A stretch of DNA of 64,000 nt from Macrostomum lignano (Eukaryota): positions 186,001 through 250,000 of the forward strand of contig NIVC01000342.1 of the NCBI GenBank assembly GCA_002269645.1. Reading direction: 5' to 3'. Within the stretch, counting starts at the first letter, position 1; the number at the start of each line of letters is the position of its first letter. The notes beneath the pieces are model-generated. The model was given only the letters and a program-made list of their open reading frames with translations, was not told where the DNA came from and did not search any database. The position numbers and the translations under genes are program-made. Positions 11,483-21,153 of this stretch are shown here, in pieces.

Positions 11483-12050
11483 TCAGTGGCGGCGATCCTG
11501 CTTCGCCGGCCGGCCTCGGCGGGCAGGGGCGTTCGGATCTGACGGCGGCGAGCTTGCGACGCGTGCCTGATGGCTCAGCTGGAGATTGAGCAGCTGCAGG
11601 CGCTGCCCGTCAAAAAAAGAGCCGCTCCGGGCGCCTCTCGATGGCGACCTCCCAGAAGTGGCGAACTTCGGGCAGCCATCCGCTCTGGAGGTGGCCCGCC
11701 TCCCAGTACGCCAGAACAATGAATAAGGCGAGGGCAGGCCGAGGCCGTCCGCCTTCGCGGAAGCAGGTATCAGCGCGCCGCAGCGTTTCATCGAGAAGCT
11801 CCCGCGTGGTCGTGGGCGGCATCTCGCGGCAGAGTGTCCGCCATGGGGCGTCCACTTGAACGCGGCCCTTGTCGGCCGCCTGGTGGTAGGCCTCGTTGAG
11901 CGCGCGGCGAAGCTGTTCACGGGCCGGGGCCGCGCCGCTCGGGGCATAAGACAAGGCTCGCAAGGTGTCTGACTCGCTCGACGATAGCCAGGGCGCTTGA
12001 AAAAGGAGGTCCGGCGAGGCACCAGCGCTGTCGGTCCCGTTGTTTGCCAT
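11483..12050 (-). CDS. Orphan ORF3 of the LTR element (146 aa; ~188 aa if the A7 run at 11612-11618 is really A6)
   Basis: ATG start and GC-rich coding-like composition between an AT-rich linker and the 3' LTR. Removing one base joins LFF to DGQRLQLL...ARRGRPAKQDRRH. No family recognised. Confidence 0.6.
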
Positions 12051-12939
12051 ATTCGAAGCGGCGGAGCGTGATGCGACAGTCCGAAATATTCAGTTGGCAG
12101 GTCGGATCAACAGAATTGGAGAAAATAAAATTGAAGATGGCTCCTTAAATAGGGCGCAAAATATTCCAACTGGTGGAATTCCAAACCAACCAGAGGAAAT
12201 AAAATTCAACCACTGGAATTGAGCCATCACCCCCGTGCACTCTAAGGTGGCACACAGAGTTGGGGTGGGCGCATGAATCAAGGAGTCATAAAATAGATAA
12301 CCGCGCGGCAGGGGTCCAAAATCAGAATGAATGAATGGGGGCGCCTCACACGGCTCACAAAACAGGTTGGCGGTTAGAGAGAGAGGGGCCGAACACTCGA
12401 ATAAACAGTAGTTTAGAAAATAGTAAGAACATAGGTAGTTCCTAAAAATTAGAATAGCAGATAGATACAGGCATAGTGACCGAGTTAGAATTTGGATCTC
12501 CATAAGGAGTTACACAAAACGGCAAAAGGCACTGGGAAGGGGCTGGACAGGCGCCCTTACAAATTTTCCAGGCTCGGCTCGGTCAGAACAAAGAAAATGG
12601 GGGCCGTTCACCTCAGATGCCCTCCGCTGAGGACAAGGCCTAGAGCCAGGGTGGCTAGACCTGAGCGGGGCAAACGACTGGGACACCAGAGCAACATTGG
12701 CTTGCAAAAATTAAAAGATACCTTCAGCCACAAGCAAGGACTGCAAGGTTACAACTGAAATAAAACTTCGCAAAGTTAATGACACGCAATTGAGCAAATT
12801 AATGAATCGCATGCGGATAAATAATTGTCGCGTAGGTGCTGGCTTTTCTCATCAAGCCTAAGGCTAAATATCAGAACGCAGAAGTGCGGGTCGCGTTGAA
12901 TAAATATGACACCAATTGAGCATGAGCACAATGTACAAA

Positions 12940-13237
12940 GGCTTTTGACCGGAAAGCGTAAGGAGCAGAAATTAAAAAAAAGTTGCTTTTGCCCTCAAGC
13001 ATAAGGAAAGTACAGAAAACGAGTTGCTTTTACCCTCAAGCATAAGGAAAGTACATTGAGAAACACTGCTTTTGCCATCAAGCATAAGGAAACGGACAGA
13101 AAAATTAGTTGCTTTTATCCCTCAAGCATAAGGAAACGGACAGAAAATTGTTGCTTTTATCCCTCAAGCATAAGGAAACGGACAGAAATAGCGAAATTGA
13201 CACCTGCTTTTATCCCGAAAGCATAAGGAGAACAAAA
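12940..13237. repeat. Seven ~41-54-bp repeats (core TGCTTTTATCCCTCAAGCATAAGGAAA) downstream of pol
   Basis: Units start near 12940, 12982, 13021, 13064, 13108, 13150 and 13204. Confidence 0.9.
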
Positions 13238-13397
13238 TTTGAAGGAAAATTGAAAGTTGCTTTCAGCACAGAAAAGGTGCAGAGAAAGCTTACAGCGAAA
13301 TTTAATTCAGAACGCGTTCACAAGCTTAACTACTCCTAGTAATGCGCAACGGTAATTTAGCTATTAGGCGCAATAGTAAATCGCTGGTAATTACCTT

Positions 13398-16300
13398 TTA
13401 GAGCTCCATCTCCATGCCGATGTCAGGCAAGTCCGGGTCGCCTTCGGCGAGCACCTCCGGGTGGCGCAAGCTGGGCTCGAACAGCTGACTGCCTCGCAGG
13501 TCAGGCTGAACTGTGGCCGGCTGCTCTGGCGCGGGCTGATCGGCTGGGTCGACTTCGCTGTCTTCGCTCGACTCATAGGGCAGCATTGGCCGCTCTGTTT
13601 GGCGCGGCGGCTCCTGTGGTCGATCTGCCATCATCTGCGGCACCTTGATGATGTTGTTACGATGAACTAGCATTTCAGCTGGGCGTCCTCGGCGGGCTGT
13701 CGCTGGTTTGATCCAATACGCCACTTCTCCGACTTTCCTGACGACCTTGTACATACTCTTGTACGGCCGGTGGAACTTGGGTAGCTCTCCCAGTTCGAGC
13801 TTCGGGTTGGCCAGGCAGACCAAGTCTCCGGGCTGCAGCTCCACGGGCTTCGGCCGGTTCTCGTAGTACTCCTCTCGGCGCTGGATCTCGGTCCTCAGTC
13901 GCTGTCGCACAATTCGTTCTGTCTCGGCCAGTCTGCGCTGATGTTTAGCAATGTACTCCGGGAGATCAGCTGATACATCCAGTCGGTCTAGGGTGTTATC
14001 GATCGGATACCGGTAGGGCACTCCGTAGATGACATAATGCGGCGAGAACCCGGTTGTACGATTGACTGCTGATCTTAAAGCTGTTAAAGCAGCTGGCAAC
14101 ATCTTGTCCCATTGCTGATGGTCTTCTAGGAGACAGGTGAGCACCTTCTTGATGTTCTTATTGCACGACTCAGCTTGTCCATTGGCCCATGGCGAATACG
14201 GCGGCGTCGTGGTCTGCCGGATGCCGTAAACTTCGCAGAAGTGCCGGAACTCGTGTCCTGTGAACTGTTTCCCTTGATCGGAGTGAATCCATGCCGGGAT
14301 TCCGGTGATCGGAAACACTTGTTCCTGCAGGAGCGTTATAATGGTCTTGGCCCGCTGATTCTTCATGGCGAAAGCGAAGGGGTATTTCGACGTAGTGTCG
14401 ACGTAGGTCAAGATGTACTTGTTTCCTCGGTCCGTCGGGTCTCCAGTGGGGCCCAGGATGTCGATCGCACATCGCCCATAGATTTCACAGACCGGAAACG
14501 ATTGTACATGCGCCGGAATTCGTCGCCGTCCTTTGCTCTGAGTGCAGGTCTGGCAGGAAGCGACATAGTCGGACACTGCCTTGGCCAGAGCAGGTCGCCA
14601 GAACCTTTCTCGCACCTTCGCGATGGTGAGGTCTCGGCCCATGTGTCCGCAGTAGGGTGAACCGTGGAGGTCGGCGAACACCGTGGCGTCGAGGCTCTTC
14701 GGCAGGACGATCCGCGCCGTTTCCTCCTCGCCAAGATCGTCGAAATGAATTACCAGTAGTCCATCATCTCGGACTTCGAGCTGCTCGTAGAACGCTAATA
14801 AGTTTCGTTCGTCTCGTGTCATATTCAAACGCTGATTCAGCGGCGGCTTCGGCTGTCGGCTTTCCAAAAGATTGATCATCATGGCGATGGCAGAGTCAGC
14901 ACGCTGATGAGTCTGGAGCTCCTCACGAGTGACTGGCCTCGGGATGTGATCAGTTAGATTCAATGTTGAACGTCGATTAGTCAAATTAGTCGGCGCGGCT
15001 TCGGCTGTGGCGGCATGGTTCGGGGTCTGGAGCTCCCTCCGCACGATCGCTACTCTGGCCGGTTGCCGGGTCGTTGATGTGCCCGAAGGTCGATCCTCGT
15101 CGGTAGCTTCGGCGTCACTGTTGTCGGATTCAGATCGGTCAGCAGTTGATGATGAGTCAGCAGAGCTGTCCGCGTCGCTGCTGAATCTCACCTTCTTCTC
15201 AAACTTCGGGCAGCGAGCGAGTTGGCAGCTGTCCTCTCTGGCTGCGCTGTGGTCGCTGTCCGTGCCGTCTCCAGCTAGTAGTCGGCGGCTCCTTGACGGG
15301 CAACATGTCGTGCTACTAAAACTGGTAGGCGACCTCTGCGAGTCATCGTAACGGCTGGCTGATGGCCTCGGCTTCGTCGCCGGCGGGTGCAGCTCTGTCA
15401 GCGGCTTGCTGTCGGCTGTCGGTGTTGCTGGCGGCGTAGCCTCGCCGTTGGACTCCTTAGGCTTAGTCGGCGGTTTCCGTCGCTTACGGTGGGTCGACGG
15501 CTTCTTGCACGGTGGGGGACTAGGGTGGCTGCTGTCGTGGACCTTCGGCGCCGCTGCGCCAGTTATCGCGGCTGGCTGCTTACTTTGGTCCTCATCAGCT
15601 GCCTCGCGCTGAGCCTCCTCCAAGCATTCGGCGTCGTCCTCCGGCCGTCTCGAGAGACCGTCGGCGTTTTGGTGCTGACTCGATTTGCGATGCTGGATCT
15701 CGAACTCAAATTCACTTAGCCGCTGTAGCCATCGTCCGAAGATGCCTACTTGTTGAGTTCGCCGGAGAATCCAGGTCAACGCTGCATGGTCGGTTCGACA
15801 AATGAACTTCTTGGCCAGCAGGTAGAAACGGAAATGTCTCATGCCATCTACGACTGCCAAGAGTTCTTGCTTAGTAATTGGATATCGGGCTTCAGCCGGT
15901 TTAAGTCGCCGGGAGAAATAGCCAATTGGGCGCTCGATCCCGTCAGCTTGGCGTTGGCTCAGGCAGGCTCCGATTCTGGTCGCAGAAGCATCCGTGTCCA
16001 GGATAAACATTACTTCCGGATCCTCGCTGAACTGCGGATACGCGAGCACTGATGTCGAAGTCATGGCTGCTTTGAGCTGGTCGAACGCGTCTTGCTGGGC
16101 TTTTCCCCATAGACAATTGAAATTGCGGATTTTCTTCTCTTTGATTATATCGTGGAGCGGAGCTGCAAGTTCTGCATAGCCAGGTACAAATTTTGCATAG
16201 TAAGCGCACGTGCAGACAAAACTTTTAAGTTGTCGAGCTGTTCTTGGTCTTGGCCAGGTCTGAATAGCCTCGATCTTCGCCGGATCGGTCTTGATGCCGT

Positions 16301-17342
16301 CCTTAGTAACTACATGTCCCAGATAGTTTAGGCTTGCCCGAAATAAATGGCACTTCCTGCCTTTGAACTTTAAGTTGGCCTCTTGAATTCGCTTAAATAC
16401 TTCCTCCATATGCTGTAGATGGTCATTAAATTTCTTAGAATAGACGATTACGTCATCCAGATAGGCTATTGCACTTTTATAGGCGATTCCGTTGAGCACA
16501 GCGTTCATGAGGCGCATGAAGCTGGCTGGCGCCGAACTTAATCCCATAGGCATCACATTGTAGGCGAATTGTCCGCGGTGCAGCGTGGCGAAGGCCGTCA
16601 GATCTTGATCCTCTGGGCGCAGTGGAATCTGATAGTAGCCGCTGTTCAAGTCGAACGTGCTGAATAGCTGGCTTCCTTCGAGGCTAGCGAACGCTTCCTG
16701 GATGTTTGGTATCGGGTACGGAAAGTACTCGCACTTTTGGTTCAGACTCCTGAAGTCTTGTACAATTCTCAGGCTGCCGTCCTTCTTCGGGATGATCACC
16801 AGCGGGGTGTTGTAGCTGGAGAAACTCGGTCTAATCACGCCTTTGGCAAGCAGATCGTCAAGCAGCTGGTCCACCTTGGGCAGCAAATGCGGCGGAATCC
16901 TTCGGGTCGGCAGATGTACAGGATTCTTGTCCTTCAACACGGTGTTGTGGGTGACCAGGTGAGTTCGGCCGAGATCGTGTGGCCCCTGCGAGAAGATGGT
17001 CTTGTATTTCTTCAATAGCTCGATGACTTGAGCGCGCTGGTCATTGGACAAGTCCTCGCCGATGTCGATCTCTTTGATCCAAGCGTCAGGATCTTCGTCT
17101 TGAACTTGATTGACTGAAGCTTCTGGCTTCGGCAGCGGAAAGAATTGTAACTCGGGCAGTCTGATTGGTCTAGCAATCCCAACTAGGGCATTCGCTCGCA
17201 CTTTGATGGAAGTAGTGCCTCGATTGATCATTTCAATAGCGCCTTCTCCGTTGGCCATAGATATTAGGGCAGGCGCGGCGTCCAGTTGCTGCACATCTTC
17301 TTCCCGCCGAGCCGGTTTTAGCGGCTCGATCACAGCGGTGTG
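13398..17342 (-). CDS. pol: Gypsy Pol: RT, RNase H, long linker, integrase
   Basis: RT: LRIVQDFRSLN, DLNSGYYQIPL, YLDD. RNase H: LDTDAS, KQELLAV, TDHAAL, ADGLSR. Integrase: H-x6-H...CQTC zinc finger plus IDILGP, HSDQG, NGQAE. Confidence 0.97.
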   Translation of the reverse strand, partial: HTAVIEPLKPARREEDVQQLDAAPALISMANGEGAIEMINRGTTSIKVRANALVGIARPIRLPELQFFPLPKPEASVNQVQDEDPDAWIKEIDIGEDLSNDQRAQVIELLKKYKTIFSQGPHDLGRTHLVTHNTVLKDKNPVHLPTRRIPPHLLPKVDQLLDDLLAKGVIRPSFSSYNTPLVIIPKKDGSLRIVQDFRSLNQKCEYFPYPIPNIQEAFASLEGSQLFSTFDLNSGYYQIPLRPEDQDLTAFATLHRGQFAYNVMPMGLSSAPASFMRLMNAVLNGIAYKSAIAYLDDVIVYSKKFNDHLQHMEEVFKRIQEANLKFKGRKCHLFRASLNYLGHVVTKDGIKTDPAKIEAIQTWPRPRTARQLKSFVCTCAYYAKFVPGYAELAAPLHDIIKEKKIRNFNCLWGKAQQDAFDQLKAAMTSTSVLAYPQFSEDPEVMFILDTDASATRIGACLSQRQADGIERPIGYFSRRLKPAEARYPITKQELLAVVDGMRHFRFYLLAKKFICRTDHAALTWILRRTQQVGIFGRWLQRLSEFEFEIQHRKSSQHQNADGLSRRPEDDAECLEEAQREAADEDQSKQPAAITGAAAPKVHDSSHPSPPPCKKPSTHRKRRKPPTKPKESNGEATPPATPTADSKPLTELHPPATKPRPSASRYDDSQRSPTSFSSTTCCPSRSRRLLAGDGTDSDHSAAREDSCQLARCPKFEKKVRFSSDADSSADSSSTADRSESDNSDAEATDEDRPSGTSTTRQPARVAIVRRELQTPNHAATAEAAPTNLTNRRSTLNLTDHIPRPVTREELQTHQRADSAIAMMINLLESRQPKPPLNQRLNMTRDERNLLAFYEQLEVRDDGLLVIHFDDLGEEETARIVLPKSLDATVFADLHGSPYCGHMGRDLTIAKVRERFWRPALAKAVSDYVASCQTCTQSKGRRRIPAHVQSFPVCEIYGRCAIDILGPTGDPTDRGNKYILTYVDTTSKYPFAFAMKNQRAKTIITLLQEQVFPITGIPAWIHSDQGKQFTGHEFRHFCEVYGIRQTTTPPYSPWANGQAESCNKNIKKVLTCLLEDHQQWDKMLPAALTALRSAVNRTTGFSPHYVIYGVPYRYPIDNTLDRLDVSADLPEYIAKHQRRLAETERIVRQRLRTEIQRREEYYENRPKPVELQPGDLVCLANPKLELGELPKFHRPYKSMYKVVRKVGEVAYWIKPATARRGRPAEMLVHRNNIIKVPQMMADRPQEPPRQTERPMLPYESSEDSEVDPADQPAPEQPATVQPDLRGSQLFEPSLRHPEVLAEGDPDLPDIGMEMEL

Positions 17343-17986
17343 CCCTGGTTTTCTTCTCGTCCTTTTGCTAGTTTAATCTTGATTCGGGCTGATGATAACG
17401 GCGGCACGGTTGTGCTCTCAGCCGTGTAAATTCTGCACGTGGTAGCTTCGGTTCGCGTATAGCGCAGTGGTGCGGCAGTGCCATCCTTGAAAAACAGCAT
17501 CCCGGCGGCGAGATCCAGTGATGTACTGTACTTCTCCAGGAACTCGAAGCCCAGGATGTTGTCATGAGATCCCTTCGCTAGCAGGAACTTGACTGTAGGC
17601 TCGAAACTCCCAATTTTAACTTTGATTGATAGTTGGCCTGCCATTTGAATAGGCTCTTCATTGTAGGTCACAATGCGTTGCAGGCAGGGCTCGATTTGGC
17701 CACGCAGGGTCGGGTCATCGGTACATAGTCGGTGCCAGGTGCTGAATCCTAGGACTTCGCACTTGGAGCCGGTGTCAAGCAGAAAAGCAAAATAACGACC
17801 CTGAATCTCACCAGTTAGAAACGGATCCCTTCGGGGTCGCTTGGGTGCAGAGTTATGTACAGGTGCAGCGGAGGCGGTCTCAGCAGTGGCCTGCTGAGCG
17901 ACTAAAGTCCTCGGCGGGGACCTTAGTACTGGCTCGGCTGCTGGATGGCGCTGCCCCCGTTGGCGCGTCCAGCCGTCCCGTTTCCC
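17330..17986 (-). CDS. Gypsy aspartic protease in the -1 frame relative to gag; separated from RT by an apparent 1-nt deletion at 17343-17345
   Basis: FLLDTGS catalytic motif and ILGFEFL flap-adjacent motif. Confidence 0.92.
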   Translation of the reverse strand, partial: GKRDGWTRQRGQRHPAAEPVLRSPPRTLVAQQATAETASAAPVHNSAPKRPRRDPFLTGEIQGRYFAFLLDTGSKCEVLGFSTWHRLCTDDPTLRGQIEPCLQRIVTYNEEPIQMAGQLSIKVKIGSFEPTVKFLLAKGSHDNILGFEFLEKYSTSLDLAAGMLFFKDGTAAPLRYTRTEATTCRIYTAESTTVPPLSSARIKIKLAKGREENQGTPL

Positions 17987-19326
17987 GAGCTGCCGTTGCG
18001 CTGGGGCGCGGTGCTGGCCGACCGCCGGTGCGGGCACTCATCGGCGCGGTGCTCGCGATTGCACCTGTAACACATAGCGCTCTGTCGCCGCAGCTGATAG
18101 GGCGGCGGGCGTGAACCCGACTGTTGCTGCCGCTGCGGCTGCTGCTGCTGCTGCTGTCGACGTTGACCTCCTGCTGGCGGCGTCCTTGGCGGCGGGTTGC
18201 TGCCGTCTCGTGGTTGCTGAAGTCGATGGAACTGCTCGTGCTGCACAATCCGTGTGCCGGGTGTCTTGAATTGGGCGCTCTCATCGGCGCTGCGGCGAGG
18301 AGTCGAGAGCACCGAACATCTGTTGCGTTGGCCCCAAGAGTCCTGCGGCTGGTGGCGAGCAGATTCCCAATGCTCCTGGGTGTCGTTATTGCGCGATCCC
18401 AGCGAGTGGAACTCTCGCAGCTCATTACTCAAAGCTTCTAGTAGACGTCGCTGCTCTTGCAGTGTCTCAGTTTGCTGTTCCATCACTTCACGCAACCAAT
18501 TCTCCTCGGGCCGAGATGACCTGTCGTGTTGCACTCCAGTTGGTGACTGACTGTCGTCATCTTCGAGAACCCGGACATGTCTCGCTGATGGCGGCGGTGC
18601 TACCCTCTGAGCCAGGCTAGCTGCTGTCTCCAGGCGTAGCACAGCCCTTCTCGCTGCGGTCAGATTCTGCGGTCGCACCAGGATTAGCTGTTCTCTGGCT
18701 GACTGGGCGATTCGCACTCCCACGGTGAACTGGTCCACTAGCTCGGCCTGCTTCTGAACCGGGGTGAAGTGCGGGAACGCTCTATCGGCCAGAGCAATTA
18801 ATCGATCGCCGTAGTCATCCACACTCTCATTCTTGCCTTGCTGGCAGCACCGGAATTGCTCACGGTACTCCAGCGTGTCGGCCACGTGCGTGAAGCGCTC
18901 GGACAGTCTTTGCTTGAATTCGCCAAACGTCAGATTGTCCGGCAGTTCCATCCTGACGACTGCGGGATAGGTTGTGGCGATGTCCAAATTCACTAGGACT
19001 TCCGCCTTCTTACGTCTGTCGTCCACGATCCCGTTGAGTTCGCAACGCTCCTCGAGAGCCTGGATCCAGACGTCAAAGTCCTGGTTCGGGGTGTACCGCT
19101 GAATCTTGACCGGTTTCGGCGCTGGAGCGCGGTCAGGCTGTTGGGGCGGCTGATACACGTGGTGATGGTGCTGCGGCTGTCCCAAGTTGGCCTGCTCCAG
19201 TCGCCGTCTCACCTCTTCGGTTACTGCTCGAATCATCTCGTCGTAGGTCGGCCTAGTAGTTGAGTTGTCGGGGCCCGCGGCGTCGGCTGTCGAATCCGCG
19301 GCCGTTGAGTTAGTTGTCGAAGCCAT
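17923..19326 (-). CDS. gag: Gypsy Gag (467 aa from MASTTN)
   Basis: Capsid-like FDVWIQALEERCELNG...YGDRLIALADRAFP and a zinc knuckle with CX2CX3HX4C spacing (CYRCNREHRADEC). Confidence 0.93.
   Translation of the reverse strand: MASTTNSTAADSTADAAGPDNSTTRPTYDEMIRAVTEEVRRRLEQANLGQPQHHHHVYQPPQQPDRAPAPKPVKIQRYTPNQDFDVWIQALEERCELNGIVDDRRKKAEVLVNLDIATTYPAVVRMELPDNLTFGEFKQRLSERFTHVADTLEYREQFRCCQQGKNESVDDYGDRLIALADRAFPHFTPVQKQAELVDQFTVGVRIAQSAREQLILVRPQNLTAARRAVLRLETAASLAQRVAPPPSARHVRVLEDDDSQSPTGVQHDRSSRPEENWLREVMEQQTETLQEQRRLLEALSNELREFHSLGSRNNDTQEHWESARHQPQDSWGQRNRCSVLSTPRRSADESAQFKTPGTRIVQHEQFHRLQQPRDGSNPPPRTPPAGGQRRQQQQQQPQRQQQSGSRPPPYQLRRQSAMCYRCNREHRADECPHRRSASTAPQRNGSSGNGTAGRANGGSAIQQPSQY
17940..17986 (-). 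promoter_or_regulatory. -1 programmed ribosomal frameshift signal (G_GGA_AAC, 6-nt spacer, stem-loop)
   Basis: Heptamer at 17986-17980 is in gag phase, and a -1 slip enters the protease frame (GKRDGW). The downstream hairpin GCUGGA/UCCAGC has an inner GCGC/GCGC stem. Confidence 0.8.
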
Positions 19327-19372
19327 GACGTAAATTTTGAACGACTCGTTGAAAGGATTTCGGCGTTTCGTT

Positions 19373-19392
19373 ATCCCACTTAGCTGACACCA
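19373..19392 (-). promoter_or_regulatory. Primer binding site, tRNA-Leu-like
   Basis: TGGTGTCAG(CT)AAGTGGGAT lies 1 nt after the 5' LTR. It equals the complement of a tRNA-Leu 3' end (TGGTGTCAGAAGTGGGAT) plus a 2-nt insertion. Confidence 0.8.
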
Positions 19393-19393
19393 A

Positions 19394-20341
19394 TGAGGTG
19401 GGGGTGGAGAAGAAAACAAAAAGAAAACTTTGAAATTGGGAGAATAAAATTTGGGTTTGTCGTCGGCACGTAAAGCCGGAAAATTGTGCAATTGATGCGT
19501 TGATTCTTCTCCTTGGTTACTCCGTCTGCCGGGTCCTCAATTCCGGGGGGAGGGTAGTCGTAATCGTAGTCGAGCGGTCTAGTAGCGGCCCGAGTCGTTC
19601 AGAATGGGTCCTCAGACACCGTAAACTCGTGATTCGTCGAGAATTGCTAGTTGTGTTACTCTCAGTAGTAAAGTAGCGCTGCCACCACCGTAAATGTCGT
19701 TTTACGGAACGTTTAGGGTCTCAGAGCTTTCTTTGAGATGAGACTGATTGGTTATTTTACGCCCCGCGGGCAAATGACTCAATAGAAACTAAAGGCTTCG
19801 ATTCTGAACAACTGTATGAATAATATTAATATTGGCGAACTTATTAATTAGGATTGCGTGGTTATTATTATTGTTACTTATTTATTACTACGCGAGATGA
19901 AACGATCAGAAACAGAAAAGGAGAACTAGAATTAAAACTAAAACTAACTAAACTAACACACACAAAACTAAAACTAACGAACAAAAGAAAAAAAACTAAA
20001 AGGGGGGGGGCAAAAAAATGTCTCCAGAGAAAACTCATATAAATAACATTTTGGCGGGAAGGATCCCAGGGGTGGGACGGAGGATGGGACAAGGGAAGGG
20101 ACAACGAAGGGAAAAAGGAAAACCCGGCCGCTGGAAACATTAAAACAACAGGGGCCAAGGGAGGGAACAGAAAAGGGAACAGACGAGGGAGCAAGGGCGG
20201 GAACAACCGGGGGAACAAACCAGGGAACAAAAATTGAAAAAAATGACGTCAATCCGTCCGTGGAACTGGGTGGAATGTCCCGCCGGTGTTCGCGCTAGAG
20301 GCCTGCCGTCGTTCTCCCCAGTGGTAGACCGGCCTACCACA
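19394..20341 (-). repeat. 5' LTR (948 bp)
   Basis: Differs from the 3' LTR, as far as I could see, by one substitution and three homopolymer length changes. Confidence 0.97.
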
Positions 20342-21153
20342 GTAGGTTATTTTTTCTGGTGTAATTTTCAGCATGCATGTCGCATGATCTCCATGAGTGT
20401 TGGTGGTGGAGTAGAGAAGGAAGAGATCTAAAATGTTCATTGTGATGTGACATTGATTGCCATCAGCAGGAAGTTTATGTCAACAGTGTATAATATAGAT
20501 AAATAAAATCTAATTTAAATATTACTACTAGGCATAGGCTGAGCTTCTTTATCTTTGGTTTGGGTTTGGGGCATGTACAGTACAGGAGTACTGATGTGAT
20601 GTAGGCCTGAATTTGTAGGCTGTAAGTGCTACATAGTATTATCCTAAAAATTATTAGAATGTTTTGACCATAAAAATTACTGTCTCACTATTAATATGGT
20701 CATTGAAAAAATAGGCCTAACAACTGCCTATAGTATAGGCTATATTATAGTTTACAACTTTGCAAAAAATCATGTTTTCTTAAAATAAAGACTCTTAAGA
20801 ATGAGCTAATATAGGCCCCTAAGTAGTTAAATAGTAAATTATTAGACTTGTGTCACTAGTAATAATACAATAATTAATATAGTACAAAACAAATGCCATC
20901 AAAATTAAGTAATGATCTTAATTTTGAAATGCAAATAAAAAGGTAGTTAAATTTAATAAAATAAACTCAAAGCATAAGCATGTTATTGTTATTAATAAGG
21001 CAGTGGTTATTTGCCCACTCACTAGACAAATAGTGATATGGTTATTCCTCTGACTATTGGATAGGCCTAAATAACAATGTTTCACTATTCATCTATTTAA
21101 TACCAAACAAATAGGCATTTTTTTATCTATCTAGGGCCTAGTTAACTTAAAGT

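Larger units (their letters stand above)
10481..20341 (-). mobile_element. Full-length Ty3/Gypsy LTR retrotransposon, 9.86 kb
   Basis: Two near-identical TG...CA LTRs, GTAG target-site duplication (10477-10480 and 20342-20345), PBS, and domain order gag-PR-RT-RH-IN. Confidence 0.97.

Noticed and set aside
12090-12503. 137-aa hydrophobic, Cys-rich ORF upstream of ORF3 (possible env remnant)
   Set aside because: AT-rich composition unlike gag, pol or ORF3, with no furin site or fusion-peptide pattern recognised. It cannot be supported without family alignments.
12940-13237. CRISPR-like repeat-spacer appearance (also considered for 53101-53926)
   Set aside because: Eukaryotic context, no cas genes, and spacers are short and related to each other. 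The arrays are better explained as a retroelement internal repeat and as snoRNAs.
19327-19491. N-terminal extension of the gag ORF call
   Set aside because: It runs through the PBS into the LTR. The plausible start is the ATG at 19326.
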